32,000 bases of DNA, taken from NCBI RefSeq assembly GCF_000195855.1, contig NC_002677.1, positions 1,920,001-1,952,000 on the forward strand, given 5' to 3'. Positions 11,601-22,689 of this stretch are shown piece after piece; positions within the stretch are counted from its first letter, which is position 1, and each line of letters starts with the position of its first letter. A model generated the notes under the pieces. That model made no database searches and was not told the origin of the DNA. It saw nothing but the letters and a program-made list of their open reading frames with translations. This DNA is from Mycobacterium leprae TN (GTDB lineage Bacteria; Actinomycetota; Actinomycetes; Mycobacteriales; Mycobacteriaceae). The translations under genes were made by a program, and so were the position numbers.

Positions 11601-12289
11601 GTAACCACATTAATCGACTAGCTGCCCGGGTGGTGGTCAATTGCCGTTAGCAATTACCCACCCGAACAGGCTCAGTCTGCCAACGCAATCAATACTTGAT
11701 CATCCAACGACGTACCGGTGGCGATTACCACACCGGTCTGTTGAACAGCGAGGACCAAGGTGTGCAGCATCTGTCGCAGGGTGGGCATGTGTCCGCACGC
11801 ATCGGAGACAATGCCCGTTACACGCCGAGGTCATCCATATGCCCGACAGCAGCAAAGACGACGCAAGCTTGCCAATTCAAATATATTCTCCTATTGGCGA
11901 TAGTCACAGGAGTTCGCGGCAGTGTAAAAATCCACATTGGCCGCCCTCTGGTTCCAGCAAATCCAGATTGGCCGCCCGACTATCCACACAGCTCGCCATT
12001 ACATATCACGAACTCGATGTGTTACATCACGGTCCCGGCTGGGTCAAAAGGGAATCGTTCAAAGCAGACGTTCGCAGATGCGCCTAGGAAAGTTACTGAA
12101 TCAGCGACAAATCAGTATCATAATTTTCCCGGAGATTTGCTGCGGGAATGCGCTGACACCATACGTATGGCTGGATCGGCCGCGACGCACGGTTACGTGG
12201 CAGGTCGTTCGCCGATCTTTGACCCGGGTGATTCACGCACCGGATACTGTGGAGAAGCAAAGGGAAAACAGCATCCCCTTAGGACATTA

Positions 12290-12610
12290 GCACCTAACAG
12301 CACCTTCTTCTCCAGGCATTGACATGGATTCTTGCGCTACACCGACAGCACCGACGCGGTCAACGCCAAATCGTAGACCTATCCCATTGTCGGCAGCGTC
12401 GCGAGTGAGAGCGTGAGCCGGGCCATAGGCCAGCTGTTGCCGCAATTGGTTATCGCCGCCCGGACCCAATCCCGGGGCTCCTGCAGGGCGGCATCGGGTA
12501 GCCCCGCTAAATGCACACCCGGCAATCCCGAGGTGATGTCGGCTTCAATCTCCACGCTCTCGCTATCCAATACGCGCACCGCAACTGAGAGCGCCCCAGC
12601 GCCATCCAGC
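12290..12610 (-). pseudogene. Truncated Mg-chelatase-like / YifB-ComM family protein (Rv2897c-like), N-terminal part only
   Basis: 'GALSVAVRVLDSESVEIEADITSGLPGVHLAGLPDAALQEPRDWVRAAITNCGNSWPMARLTLSLATLPTMG', followed in shifted frame by 'VYDLALTASVLSV' and 'CQCLEKKVLLGA'. Confidence 0.85.
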
Positions 12611-12990
12611 CAATCTCCTGCAGATGCGTGATCTCCCGGGGTACAGCTGTGGTGACCCGTCCGGATCTGCAACCCGATCACATCGATCCGGCTTGCTGCT
12701 CAAAATTCGTCTTGATTCGCCGGCCATAAACCAGCCAACCAACGCAGCCAACGAACCTTCTGCTCGGGCGCTGACCTGCGCGAGCCCTCCATAACCGTAG
12801 CCGCTATGGATCTTAGCCTCGACACCACCGTGCGGTGGGCCGTCTCGGAAGCGATCACATCGCATTCGCCATAGCGACAACGCCAGTTGCAGTGCAAACC
12901 CCGCAACCCCATCCTCGTCAGGTTATCCACCGCGAACACCTCGCCCATCGCCTCCAACTGGACTCGAGTCATAGCCTTGTGGGTCGTCAT
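12610..12990 (-). pseudogene. Decayed UPF0102/YraN family protein (Rv2898c-like)
   Basis: 'MTTHKAMTRVQLEAMGEVFAVDNLTRMGLRGLHCNWRCRYGECDVIASETAHRTVV', 'SGYGYGGLAQ', and 'VRWLRWLAGLWPANQDEF', spread over two frames. Confidence 0.85.
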
Positions 12991-13329
12991 GGGAGACAAT
13001 CTGCCCGGTAGCATCGACGCGACATGCCCAACCAACGGCTCATGCTGGCGCAAACACCGGTTTATTTATCCCCAGTGGGGTGTTCTGCCAACAACCTTTG
13101 GCAGTGACAGAATTCAAGCAAACGTCAATCAGGTAATTCGGTCGGGCCTGGTGTAGACGTTCATCAAATTCTCCCGAAGAAACACCACCAGCGTGACCCC
13201 GAACTCACCGGCCAACGAAATCACCAGCGAAGACGACGCCGACAGGGCCAGCAAGCACCGGTACGCCGGCCATCACAGCCTTTCCACATCAACTCAAATG
13301 ATGCCCGTCCGGTGACCAACAACACCGAC

Positions 13330-13663
13330 TGACCCAGCGATATTGGGTCATGTTCAATCGCCCAACCTATTTGGCCTTATCGACCGCACTGTGCCTGCCG
13401 ATGTCCTCAGGAACCACAAGGCATCGCCCCGCCCACAATAAATTAATACACAGCATGTCTTTGCGGCACGCGATTACCCCTTCAATTAGCAAAATCTTTG
13501 TTCGAGTTGGATATCGAAAACCCGGCGCACGAATAATAGCAGTAACCGGCATTTCGTTGACGCGGATCTCCAGCGGTTTCCCAACGATCGGGGTTTCCGG
13601 CCGGGTGATTGCCTGCTCTGCGGCAAGATGCCTTACCCGCCGACACTGCGTTACCTGCCCCAC
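13330..13663 (-). pseudogene. fdhD: Decayed FdhD, formate dehydrogenase accessory sulfurtransferase
   Basis: 'MGQVTQCRRVRHLAAEQAITRPETPIVGKPLEIRVNEMPVTAIIRAPG...EGVIACRKDMLCI...[17 protein letters not shown]'. Most of the centre and C-terminus is missing. Confidence 0.8.
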
Positions 13664-14540
13664 TAGCTATTTCACTATTGCTTTCATCCCGAGACCACTC
13701 CACTCAATGATGATCGCTTTCGACACCAGATATTCGAGTTAGCCGCGTTGTGATCAAGTGGCACAAGTGGACTGGTCTCCTGATAGTAGGAAGCGGTATT
13801 GTCGATCAGAGTCGAGTAAACCACCATCAAGAAGGCATCTGCACGTCGCTCCTGCAGGCGGTTTTCAACGTCGGTACACTACGTACACCAGGTCGACGCG
13901 TTGGCCCCCTGTCAAGCCCAGTGCCTCGATGTCAGCGGAGTTGATAAAAACACCACTCGGTGGCTATCCCCCTTACCCCACGATAACGATCGTCTAACCC
14001 ATAGAGCACAAAATACGAATCGTGGCTGCGCAATGTTTTCAGCACCAGCTAGCTCGACGGTACCGGAATCCGGTGCAGCTGATTTATTGTGAAATTGGCT
14101 TTGCAGATGTTGATATAGAATTCACACGCATCACACGGTGGGTGAGGTAGCCAGAATCCGTCGGGTACGCGCACCTTACGGTTGTAATCGGTACAGCCGA
14201 GGATCACCGCAGCGATCGCGTCGCGGAGGGTGTCTTAGTCATCGGCGAACCGTTCCCACAGCACCAAATGTTGCTCGCCGAACTAGAGTGCGGACCAACT
14301 GGCAAACGATCTGGACCTTACTACAGAGCCGATCGCTGTACGGATGGAAGCAGTCCCACGACAAATGCGCCATTGGAATCGAATCATCAAACCAAAAAAC
14401 CTGTTTGGACCCACCACGGATATCGCGGTCGGTCCAACACAACGTCAGCAGGATCAACACCGTGGTTCAGTGGACGATGTGGACTGCGGTTTAATGTAGT
14501 CGAAACCTACACGGTCAACACACAACTGCGCAAGGCCGCT

Positions 14541-14770
14541 TCAGTGACGGAGGTTGTCCGGGGTAGCTGATGCAAAGTTACCCCCATGCCAATCAACACC
14601 GTTACACTGACTCAGCCGAGCCAGCGCTGCCGCGGTGCGCAGCACATCCATCTGCTGCAACCCACGCTGCAATGATACCATCGCCGCCCGCACACCGGCC
14701 ACCTCATACTTACTCGAGGTAACCACTATCCCGTGCTCGTCATAGCTGACCTAGATGTCACGAACTTCAG
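14541..14770 (-). pseudogene. fdhF: Remnant of formate dehydrogenase / molybdopterin oxidoreductase FdhF (Rv2900c-like), N-terminal part
   Basis: 'YDEHGIVVTSSKYEVAGVRAAMVSLQRGLQQMDVLRTAAALARLSQCNGVDW' matches the recalled N-terminus of the mycobacterial FdhF-like protein. Position beside the fdhD remnant supports it. The remnant may extend toward ~13.8 kb but was not resolved there. Confidence 0.65.
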
Positions 14771-14803
14771 CTGGGTACTGGCACCTAACATAGCCATCGT
14801 ACA

Positions 14804-15001
14804 TTGGTTACCGCGCTAGCGCCGCATGGCGCGCTAGACCTGGCGGACACTCGAGCTCCGCAATTTCGCGATGCGGACCGGCTAAGCAACCGCGAAATCG
14901 GTGAGGCCGTTGGGATGTTGATGCTGCCGCAACAGCATCTCCGAACCAACCGCAACAAACTCACGTTGGCCAGCGGGGATCAACTTCCGCCCGAGACATA
15001 A
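14804..15001 (+). pseudogene. Possible fragment of a GAF-ANTAR domain regulator
   Basis: 'MVTALAPHGALDLADTRAPQFRDADRLSNREIGEAVGMLMLPQQHL' resembles the GAF/ANTAR junction 'HAALALAgAR...QfrdALaSRdiIGqAkGmLM'. Confidence 0.35.
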
Positions 15002-15019
15002 CAACCGGATCAAGTCGGC

Positions 15020-15325
15020 CTATTCCGGCAGCCGTAGCTCGGGCTTCTCAACTTCTTCGATGTTGACATCCTTGAAGGTGACCACCCTCACTTGCTTCAC
15101 GAACCGCGCTGGCCGGTACATGTCCCACACCCAGGCATCAGCTAGTCGCAGCTCGAAGTACACCTCACCGTCGGTGTTGCGCGGCATCATCTCCACACTG
15201 TTCGCCAGATAGAAACGTCGCTCGGTTTCCACGACGTAGCTGAACTGGCCAACAATATCCTTGTATTCGCGGTACAGCGAGAGCTCCATCTCGGTTTCAT
15301 ACTTCTCGAGATCCTCAGCACTCAT
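15020..15325 (-). CDS. Conserved DUF2469 family protein (Rv2901c-like)
   Basis: 101 aa 'MSAEDLEKYETEMELSLYREYKDIVGQFSYVVETERRFYLANSVEMMPRNTDGEVYFELRLADAWVWDMYRPARFVKQVRVVTFKDVNIEEVEKPELRLPE', highly conserved in actinobacteria, next to rnhB. Confidence 0.93.
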   Translation of the reverse strand: MSAEDLEKYETEMELSLYREYKDIVGQFSYVVETERRFYLANSVEMMPRNTDGEVYFELRLADAWVWDMYRPARFVKQVRVVTFKDVNIEEVEKPELRLPE

Positions 15326-15437
15326 CTGTTCAGACGTCCTTCTCTCTGGCCCTTTTCCCGACGTCCCTATTGGGCCCCTTGGACTCTTTGAGCCACACAC
15401 GACCGTGACCAAGTGGGAATTCCGGTCCCATCTTTTC

Positions 15438-16160
15438 TCACCGGCATTCGCCGTGCTCGGCCGGAGGAGCCGGTGTGAATCCAGCCACCGCCCGGGTATT
15501 AGACCTGGTCACTATGCGCCGAACGTTGATGAACGAATAGCGGTGTTCTGGGCAAGGCCCCAGCTGGGTGAGCGCCAAGCTATGCGCGCGCGTGCAGTAC
15601 CCCTTGTGTGCAGCGAAGCCGTAGCCAGGATAGTCAGCGTCCATTGCGACCATCAACCGGTCACGACTGACTTTGGCCAGCACACTGGCCGCGGCAATGC
15701 AGGCAACCACCGCGTCTCCACCAACTACCGGCAGCGACGGCACCGACAGGCCGGGTACGCGAAAACCGTCGCTTAATACATAGCCGGGCCGCACCGACAG
15801 ACCGGCCACCGCACGCCGCATGCCTTCAATATTGGCTACCTGCACACCATGCCGGTCGACCTCAACCGACGGGATGAACACCACGTGGTAAGCCAGCGCG
15901 TACCGGCAGATCAAAGGAAACAACATCTCCCGCCCCTTCGCGCTAAGCTTCTTGGAATCATCAAGACTTTCCTCCAGTCGCCCCGGCCCGAGCACACAAG
16001 CTGCCACCACCAGCGGACCCGCGCAGGCGCCGCGACCCACCTCGTCCACCCCTGCCACCGGCCCCAACCCGCTGCGCTGCAGTTCGTACTCTAGAGTCCA
16101 CATCCCCCGCAAACCCCCAGACTTACGGATTATCCTGCACGGCGGCCAGGTGGTGGCCAT
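15438..16160 (-). CDS. rnhB: Ribonuclease HII
   Basis: '[25 protein letters not shown]', 'DDSKKLS', '[31 protein letters not shown]'. Internal ATG at 16160 ([19 protein letters not shown]) is the likely start. Confidence 0.94.
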   Translation of the reverse strand: MATTWPPCRIIRKSGGLRGMWTLEYELQRSGLGPVAGVDEVGRGACAGPLVVAACVLGPGRLEESLDDSKKLSAKGREMLFPLICRYALAYHVVFIPSVEVDRHGVQVANIEGMRRAVAGLSVRPGYVLSDGFRVPGLSVPSLPVVGGDAVVACIAAASVLAKVSRDRLMVAMDADYPGYGFAAHKGYCTRAHSLALTQLGPCPEHRYSFINVRRIVTRSNTRAVAGFTPAPPAEHGECR

Positions 16161-16162
16161 GG

Positions 16163-17032
16163 CTACTGCCCCTGCTGGGAATTCACCGAACCCACACCAC
16201 CCCATCGTGACGGCGGCCACACGACGACCCTGGCCTTACCGATGACATTGGACACCGGCACAGTCCCCGAATTCGGATCACCGGTGCACGAAAGCCCATT
16301 CACCACGTCGGTGGAGTTGCAGTGGTAACGCGAGTCCGCGGAGTGTATCCGGTTATCACCCATAACCCACAGGCGTCCCTGCGGGACCGTGACTGGACCG
16401 AACTCGCTACCCAGGCACGGGGAGAATGACAGGTCGGCATTCATGGTGACCGGCCTGAGATACGGCTCTTTGAGTGGCTTCCCATTGACCGTCAAGCCCG
16501 TGTCGGACCGGCACTGCACCGTCTGTCCTCCGACCGCGATAACGCGCTTGACCAAGTCGTTCTCGTCGGGAGGCACGAAACCGACGAACGACAACGCGTT
16601 TTGCACCGAGCGCAGCACGATGTTGTTTGACCGGATAGATTTGTACATCGTGTTCCACGACGGCGGGCCCTTGAAGACGATGACGTCACCAGGTTGTGGT
16701 GAGCTGAAGCGATAAGTGATCTTATCCACCATGATGCGGTCGCCCACACAGCCCGAGCATCCGTGCAGCGTGGGCTCCATGGATTCCGACGGAATCAGGT
16801 AGGGGCGTGCCACGAACGTCAACATGACGTAGTACAAGCCTATAGCGATCACCGCCAAAATCGCGAATTCCCACAACGCCGAACGCTTCTTGGGCTCCGA
16901 CACGCCTATTGCGGCTTCCGCGGCAGTCTCAGATACTTCAGCGGGCATATCAAGACCACAGATAGACACCTTCGGCTGCAACTGGTCAGCGTCGGACGGA
17001 GGTTCAGGTACGGAGTCCGTGGTTTCGGTCAC
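16163..17032 (-). CDS. lepB: Signal peptidase I
   Basis: TM segment followed by '[29 protein letters not shown]', then 'GDVIVFKGP', '[12 protein letters not shown]' and '[17 protein letters not shown]' (S26 boxes). Likely GTG start at 17032 ([12 protein letters not shown]). Confidence 0.94.
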   Translation of the reverse strand: MTETTDSVPEPPSDADQLQPKVSICGLDMPAEVSETAAEAAIGVSEPKKRSALWEFAILAVIAIGLYYVMLTFVARPYLIPSESMEPTLHGCSGCVGDRIMVDKITYRFSSPQPGDVIVFKGPPSWNTMYKSIRSNNIVLRSVQNALSFVGFVPPDENDLVKRVIAVGGQTVQCRSDTGLTVNGKPLKEPYLRPVTMNADLSFSPCLGSEFGPVTVPQGRLWVMGDNRIHSADSRYHCNSTDVVNGLSCTGDPNSGTVPVSNVIGKARVVVWPPSRWGGVGSVNSQQGQ

Positions 17033-17111
17033 GATGATCAGCGTAGCCAGCGTAGTGTGTGGCCTAATGCGACACCGAGGCGGCACGACCGGCAACCAGG
17101 GTGTACCCCAG

Positions 17112-17453
17112 TCAGCGCTTCTCCTTGATCTTAGCCTTCTTGCCGCGAAGTTCACGCAGATAATACAGCTTGGCGCGGCGGACATCGCCACGAATCACCA
17201 TCTCGATGTGATCGATGTTCGGCGAGTGTACCGGAAAGGTCCGTTCGACGCCAACGCCATAGCTTTCCTTACGCACGGTGAACGTTTCGCGGATACCTCC
17301 GCCCTGCCGGCGGATGACCACACCCTTGAACACCTGGATACGCTCTTTAACGCCCTCGATCACCTTGACGTGCACATTGATCGTGTCACCCGGGCTGAAG
17401 GCCGGGATGTCGTCGCGCAACGACGCCTGGTCGACGAAGTCCAGCCTGTTCAT
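17112..17453 (-). CDS. rplS: 50S ribosomal protein L19
   Basis: '[113 protein letters not shown]'. Confidence 0.97.
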   Translation of the reverse strand: MNRLDFVDQASLRDDIPAFSPGDTINVHVKVIEGVKERIQVFKGVVIRRQGGGIRETFTVRKESYGVGVERTFPVHSPNIDHIEMVIRGDVRRAKLYYLRELRGKKAKIKEKR

Positions 17454-17818
17454 CTTAAGAAAACACTTCCTCGGGTTCGCGGCTTTCGGAAGCCGCCCAC
17501 GCGTAAGCATCAGACGGTCACCGAGCCGATGGGTTCGGGCTTATGAGCGTATCCTGCAGTTGCACCAAACGGCCCAGCGGACCGGACAACTGCTGGAGAC
17601 AACTGGTCAATTGTGCCAAACAATCTGCACACAGTGAAAATCACAGGAAATCCTAATCCGTCTCAATCTCCAAAGGCGCTGGTGAATGGCAAATAATGAC
17701 GGCTGTTAATTTAGCTCTAACGAACCTCAGCGTGACACTCCGGGCGGATAGCGATACCGCCTCGCCTACCTACCCACGCATGTGTCCGGGACACCGTTCA
17801 GAAGCCAAATGAGAGGAA

Positions 17819-18720
17819 ATGCGCGCTCAGACCACTCTACCCTGCTCGCCCCGAGCGTATGCAGTGACGCTAGCATTAGTCGGCGGGGACGAAGCAAAGA
17901 TGGGAAGCTACGGTCTACAGCTCGGCGGAATACAGCCCAGTGGACCTCATATTAATCCCAGAATCAACCACAGCTTACCTGAACTGATGCTAGATAACTA
18001 TCCACTTTCACCCTCGGCGCCGTATACACTGCCGAACTTCGGGTTCGACGCACTGCAGGCCGATATTCAGCAAGCCACCCACCAACTGGCCTCCAGAGGT
18101 AACACTCAGATCACCGCTATCGAGCCGGTGACCAAGCTCTTCATCAGCCAAAGATCCGATTCTGCGGGACGTTCGAAGGGAAAGCAACACTGTCCACTGG
18201 CGACCGCCAAGTGGTGAACATCATGTTACACCCGTCTGATAACGGTGCCGCCGAAAATTCTGGGATCAGTGATGGCTGGAGAGGCCATCATCACGCGGAT
18301 CGCGAACCAGTACGGATTGACCCGTCACGACGCCGTCGGGCGACAGTGGAACACGATCAGCTCGGCGACCGACTTGATGCGCTCGCTACATATGACATGC
18401 AGCTCAACGGGTCCGGCAGGCTCCACACCGGAGCCGGGCCAAGATCATCGTCAACAACCTTACCCAGTCCACCCCCACCGGAATCGGTGGCTATCCTCAG
18501 CGTTTCGGCATCCCGATCGTCCTGTATGTCGAACCGATGGCGGTTACGCAGAGCGGGATTATTGTTGTATCGTCAACGACTGGATGCACATGCCGACCGA
18601 GGTAGAGTGACGCGGACTGCCGCTGCATTATGGTCATCCAGTCGTTGCAGCCATCCGGTGATGTCACCGGGCGACCTACGATCACCTAGGCTGCGAAGAC
18701 GATATTTCTCAACGGCCGGA
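17819..18720 (+). pseudogene. lppW: Decayed beta-lactamase-fold lipoprotein LppW (Rv2905-like)
   Basis: 'LPNFGFDALQADIQQATHQLASRGNTQITAIEPVTKLFI', 'VNIMLHPSDNGAAE', 'ITRIANQYGLTRHDAVGRQWNTISSATDLMR', 'LSAFRHPDRPVCRTDGGYAE', between rplS and trmD as in M. tuberculosis. Multiple frameshifts. Confidence 0.78.
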
Positions 18721-18738
18721 TCTGACGATTAGCTTACT

Positions 18739-19455
18739 TCACGACAAACCCAGCCCCCAGACAAACCGGGCCCCCGACAAATCGGGACGGCGTTTACGAG
18801 TTCTCCGGAGCGAAGCCTCTCGGCGCCAAGCGGCGATTCGAGCATGATCACCAGACAACAAAACCGGCGGAACGTCGAGACCACGCCAGGTAGGTGGGCG
18901 AGTATAGCTCGGCCCCTCCAAGAGTCGACCCAGGTCCGGCGAGTGTGAATCATCGCGGTGCGACGCAGGATTGCCGAGCACCCCAGCCACCAGGCGCAGA
19001 ACAGCCTCGATCATTACCACGGCCGCTGACTCGCCACCCGGCAACACATAGTCACCGATTGAAACCTCTTCGACTCGCATTCGTCGTACTGCATCATCAA
19101 CGACTCGCTGATCGATGCCCTCGTAGCGACCGCAGGCGAACACCAGGTGTCTCTCGGTGCTCCAGCACTGTGCGGTGGCCTGGGTGAACAGCGCACCAGC
19201 GGGGGTGGGGATCACCAACAGTGTCTCGTCGAAACAGATTTCATCTAACGCTTCCCCCCATACCGGCGCTTTCATCACCATCCCCGGACCACCACCATAG
19301 GGCACGTCGTCCACCGAGTGGTGTACATCATGGGTCCACCGCCGCAGGTCGTGCACCTGCACATCGACCAGGCCCGACTCAATCGCCTTGCCCGGCAACG
19401 ATTGCCGCAGCGGGTCTAGGTAAGCCGGGAAAATCGTGACAATATCGATTTTCAT
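18739..19455 (-). CDS. trmD: tRNA (guanine-N1)-methyltransferase
   Basis: '[66 protein letters not shown]...[16 protein letters not shown]...[13 protein letters not shown]'. Confidence 0.96.
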   Translation of the reverse strand: MKIDIVTIFPAYLDPLRQSLPGKAIESGLVDVQVHDLRRWTHDVHHSVDDVPYGGGPGMVMKAPVWGEALDEICFDETLLVIPTPAGALFTQATAQCWSTERHLVFACGRYEGIDQRVVDDAVRRMRVEEVSIGDYVLPGGESAAVVMIEAVLRLVAGVLGNPASHRDDSHSPDLGRLLEGPSYTRPPTWRGLDVPPVLLSGDHARIAAWRREASLRRTRKRRPDLSGARFVWGLGLS

Positions 19456-19991
19456 AGATCCAGCAGGCCCTTGGGCGGGTCGATTTCGACTATGCCGTCG
19501 TCTAGAGACACCAACTTGACAATCGCACCGACAAACGGCACTAGTACTTCGCCGGAATCACATCGCACCGCCAACAACTCACCGGCCGCAGTGTGAAGCA
19601 CCTCAGCAACGACACCAACGTCTCGTCCCATCATGGTACGAACCTGCAGACCTTCGAGCTGGTGGTCGTAATAAGTATCCGGCTCATCGATCGGCGGCAA
19701 GTCGAGGGAATCGATGACGAACAAACTGCCCCGCAACGCGTCGGCGGCGTCACGGTCACTCACTCCGGCCAATCGCACAAGAAGCCGCGCACCGTGCTCA
19801 CGCGCATAGACGACGGTGTATCTTCGTTCTGGGCCACCACGTGGAAAATCCTTGGCGCGCAATATATTACCCGGACAGAACCGGGAAGCTGGATCGTCGG
19901 TACGAATCTCAACGACCACTTCCCCACCGATACCGTGCGCTTTCACCACCCGCCCGATTGTCAACTCCAACAAAGCACCATGAGCATGCAC
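19452..19991 (-). CDS. rimM: 16S rRNA processing protein RimM
   Basis: '[30 protein letters not shown]...GLLDL', directly upstream of trmD with an ATGA 4-nt overlap. The true start may be a TTG at 19970 (LELTIG...). Confidence 0.93.
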   Translation of the reverse strand: MHAHGALLELTIGRVVKAHGIGGEVVVEIRTDDPASRFCPGNILRAKDFPRGGPERRYTVVYAREHGARLLVRLAGVSDRDAADALRGSLFVIDSLDLPPIDEPDTYYDHQLEGLQVRTMMGRDVGVVAEVLHTAAGELLAVRCDSGEVLVPFVGAIVKLVSLDDGIVEIDPPKGLLDL

Positions 19992-19995
19992 TCAG

Positions 19996-20238
19996 CTACT
20001 GGTCGGTGTCTACCACATCGACGCGGATACCGCGGCCACCGATGCCGGCGACCAACTTGCGCAACGCGGTTGCAGTACGTCCTCCACGACCGATCACCTT
20101 ACCCAGATCGTCGGGATGAACATGCACTTCGACAGTGCGCCCACGCCGACTGATGACCAGGTCCACCCGGACATCGTCCGGATTATCGACAATCCCGCGG
20201 ACCACATGCTCGACAGCGTCAACGACGACCGTACTCAT
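19996..20238 (-). CDS. KH-domain RNA-binding protein (Rv2908c/KhpA-like)
   Basis: 80 aa ORF with 'VHPDDLGKVIGRGGRTATALRKLVAGI' (KH GxxG motif), between rpsP and rimM. Confidence 0.92.
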   Translation of the reverse strand: MSTVVVDAVEHVVRGIVDNPDDVRVDLVISRRGRTVEVHVHPDDLGKVIGRGGRTATALRKLVAGIGGRGIRVDVVDTDQ

Positions 20239-20262
20239 TGCATTTAGTCAGCTTTCGCTCGT

Positions 20263-20745
20263 TTACTCGGACTGCTCGTCGCCCTCGGCCAGCGCATACG
20301 CTTTCGTGGCTTTGGCGCCCTCAGCGTCGGATTCTACAGCCTTAGCGGCTTTCTTAGCCGAAACCTTCTTCTTCGGCCGTGTGGCCTCGGTGGTGGGACC
20401 GCCGTCGGCGACAGCTAACGCGGCGTTGAACAACTCCAGCTTGCTGGGCTTGGGTGGGGCGACCTTCAGCCGGCCCTCGGCACCGGGCAGGCCTTTGAAC
20501 TTTTGCCAATCGCCTGTGATCTTCAGCAGCTTGAGAACAGGTTCAGTAGGCTTCGCACCCACCGAAAGCCAATACTGAGTGCGCTCAGAGTTGATGTCGA
20601 TCAGGCTTGGCTCTTCTTTCGGGTGATACCGACCGATGACCTCGATGGAACGACCGTCGCGCCGCGTCCGCGCGTCGGCGACGATGACACGGTACTGGGG
20701 ATTGCGGATCTTGCCAAGCCTAGTGAGCTTGATCTTTACAGCCAT
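20263..20745 (-). CDS. rpsP: 30S ribosomal protein S16 with C-terminal Ala/Lys-rich extension
   Basis: '[80 protein letters not shown]', start at 20745. Confidence 0.96.
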   Translation of the reverse strand: MAVKIKLTRLGKIRNPQYRVIVADARTRRDGRSIEVIGRYHPKEEPSLIDINSERTQYWLSVGAKPTEPVLKLLKITGDWQKFKGLPGAEGRLKVAPPKPSKLELFNAALAVADGGPTTEATRPKKKVSAKKAAKAVESDAEGAKATKAYALAEGDEQSE

Positions 20746-21099
20746 GGTTACGCGATATCTCCTGTGTCTGTCACGCTGCAATTCAGCGACCCAAGCAAAC
20801 TGCCCGATCCGGTTTTGCCTCGCGTGAGTGACCGCTGCGCAGCTAGCCCAAACCGACTCTGCTGCGCGGCAGACAGCCACCTATTGTGGCAGAACAAAGA
20901 TCTTGACGAGGAATTCGCCCGGCTGACGCCTACATTGCTTTCCTGGAAGATTTTCGTACTTTCTGGATAGAGTTTCGGTTCGACCCCGGCGGGTCGTACG
21001 CCAGCCCTCCACGGTACGCATGAGCCAGTTACTATACCACAGTCCGCAAAACAACATCTTCATTCTTGTCGCCGGGCAGCACCATAGGGTTGAAGCAGA

Positions 21100-22640
21100 T
21101 CACGCGCAACGACGCGGTGTCCCCTGTCGATGCGGACCGAGAAATTGTCTGGCAGATGAGCATACATCGGGAAGTTCGACAACACCCCCGAGAGTCACCG
21201 CTTGACTTTCGGGTAGCTTCCTTCGATCCCGCTCAGCGCCGTGCAGTCGATGTAAATGTCGTTGGTGAACACACCTTGTCCAGATAGTCGCATCAACGCT
21301 GGTCAATGGCGGTGGAATAGTCCAGCAACAGCTACTGGATCTCCTGAAGGTCGGATTTTTCAGTGAGGCGCAGCATGCATCGATTCTCGCCGCGAACGTG
21401 CGCAATTGCACACCTTTGCGCGGCGTTTCGAAGTCTGCGAGACCATTGCCAGGTCCGGCAGGGTGACCGTCGGCGGCACATCCCCCACTCCGGTAAGCCA
21501 CTGCAGGGATCCGGATCACCGACGATCACTGGCCGCACTCAATGATTTCCACGGTAATGTCCATTTCGCCCACCAGGTCGCCCCTACCGCTGCGGCCGCG
21601 ACGACAGCAGCCCGGTCATGGTCTGCGTCTGTGCTACCCCGTTTGGTCCGACGCATGGAAATCTCACTGTATTTCCTGCCGCGACTGCCATTAACCGTTC
21701 GTGAACTCCATGACGATCGAAAAACTACCGCCCGACGAGTTCGGCTACATGTGGTCGTTGTCGTCGAACTGCATTCCCACGGCGGTGCATGACACATGAC
21801 ATTGGCGTGCATGACAAGCAACCTGCCCACCAGGTATTCGATGTTCGGTGGTTGCGGATCGGGCACGTAATCAAATGTCTGCAATGTCTGCTTTGCGCGC
21901 TGGACTTCGATGCGATAGGCACCTTCGCCTGGAACAGGCAGGGTGGATGTATATGCTGGTAGGTGGTACCACGGCTGCGGCCGATAGCCTGAGCGCGGGG
22001 ATGGGTGTGCTCAACCGGTGGCGCACCGGTGAGCAGGTGAAAAGCGGTGGCAGCCAGCGCGCATTGATCAGCGGTCTCGTCGGCGTCGACACCCAATTAA
22101 CACCTCGGGAACGGCGTAGGCGACCGTGCTAACTGGGACATTGATCCCGCTGGTCCCAACGCCCCGGTGGCATCACCGAGTTGCCGGACTCTCCCCAAGT
22201 CGGCCAAGACAAGATGAAGTCGCTGTTCACCATCCCCGGGATTGGTCAGCATGATGTTGGCGGTTTTGACATCGGGATGTAGCAGTCCACACTGATGGGC
22301 GTCGGTCGAGAGCTCAGACCACAACGGTAACGATCGCGAGCACCTCACCTACCGGTGCAACAGTCAGAAATCGATCGGCAATCAGCCCGCGCAGCGTTAT
22401 CTGCCGTTGACGTAGTCCACAACGGTCCTTCGAATTCGTCGCGATCATACACTTCCAAGATATGAGAAGTATTGGCGGCAGTGTCGATCTCCTGGCGGAA
22501 TCGCCGGAGGAACCCGCCATCCGCGTACGGCACCACCGAAAAAACTTCCAATACATCCCAATGCGCCGATTGATGGTCCTGAACCAGCTAAACCTCACCC
22601 ATCACTCTGGGACCCAGCCTCCGAACGATGGTGTAACCGG
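21100..22640 (-). pseudogene. pknI: Decayed serine/threonine protein kinase (PknI-like, Rv2914c)
   Basis: Ordered frame-shifted fragments: 'LIADRFLTVAPVGEVLAIVTVVV', 'HQCGLLHPDVKTANIMLTNPGDGEQRLHLVLADLGRVRQLGD', 'DADETADQCALAATAFHLLTGAPPVEHTHP', 'QTFDYVPDPQPPN', 'MIRIPAVAYRSG'. Kinase domain first, then the extracytoplasmic C-terminus of PknI. Confidence 0.82.
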
Positions 22641-22689
22641 CCAAGAGCGCGCCGCTGGCCAACGTCATGCTGCGGGCGTAACCGCGATC

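Noticed and set aside
11696-12322. 208 aa plus-strand ORF, with overlapping 148 aa and 117 aa plus-strand ORFs
   Set aside because: No recognisable motif, and three overlapping frames are open at once. It runs into the antisense of the yifB remnant, which is the supported call at its 3' end.
19452-19455. rimM/trmD ATGA overlap as a special regulatory feature
   Set aside because: A 4-nt stop/start overlap is ordinary translational coupling in bacterial operons.
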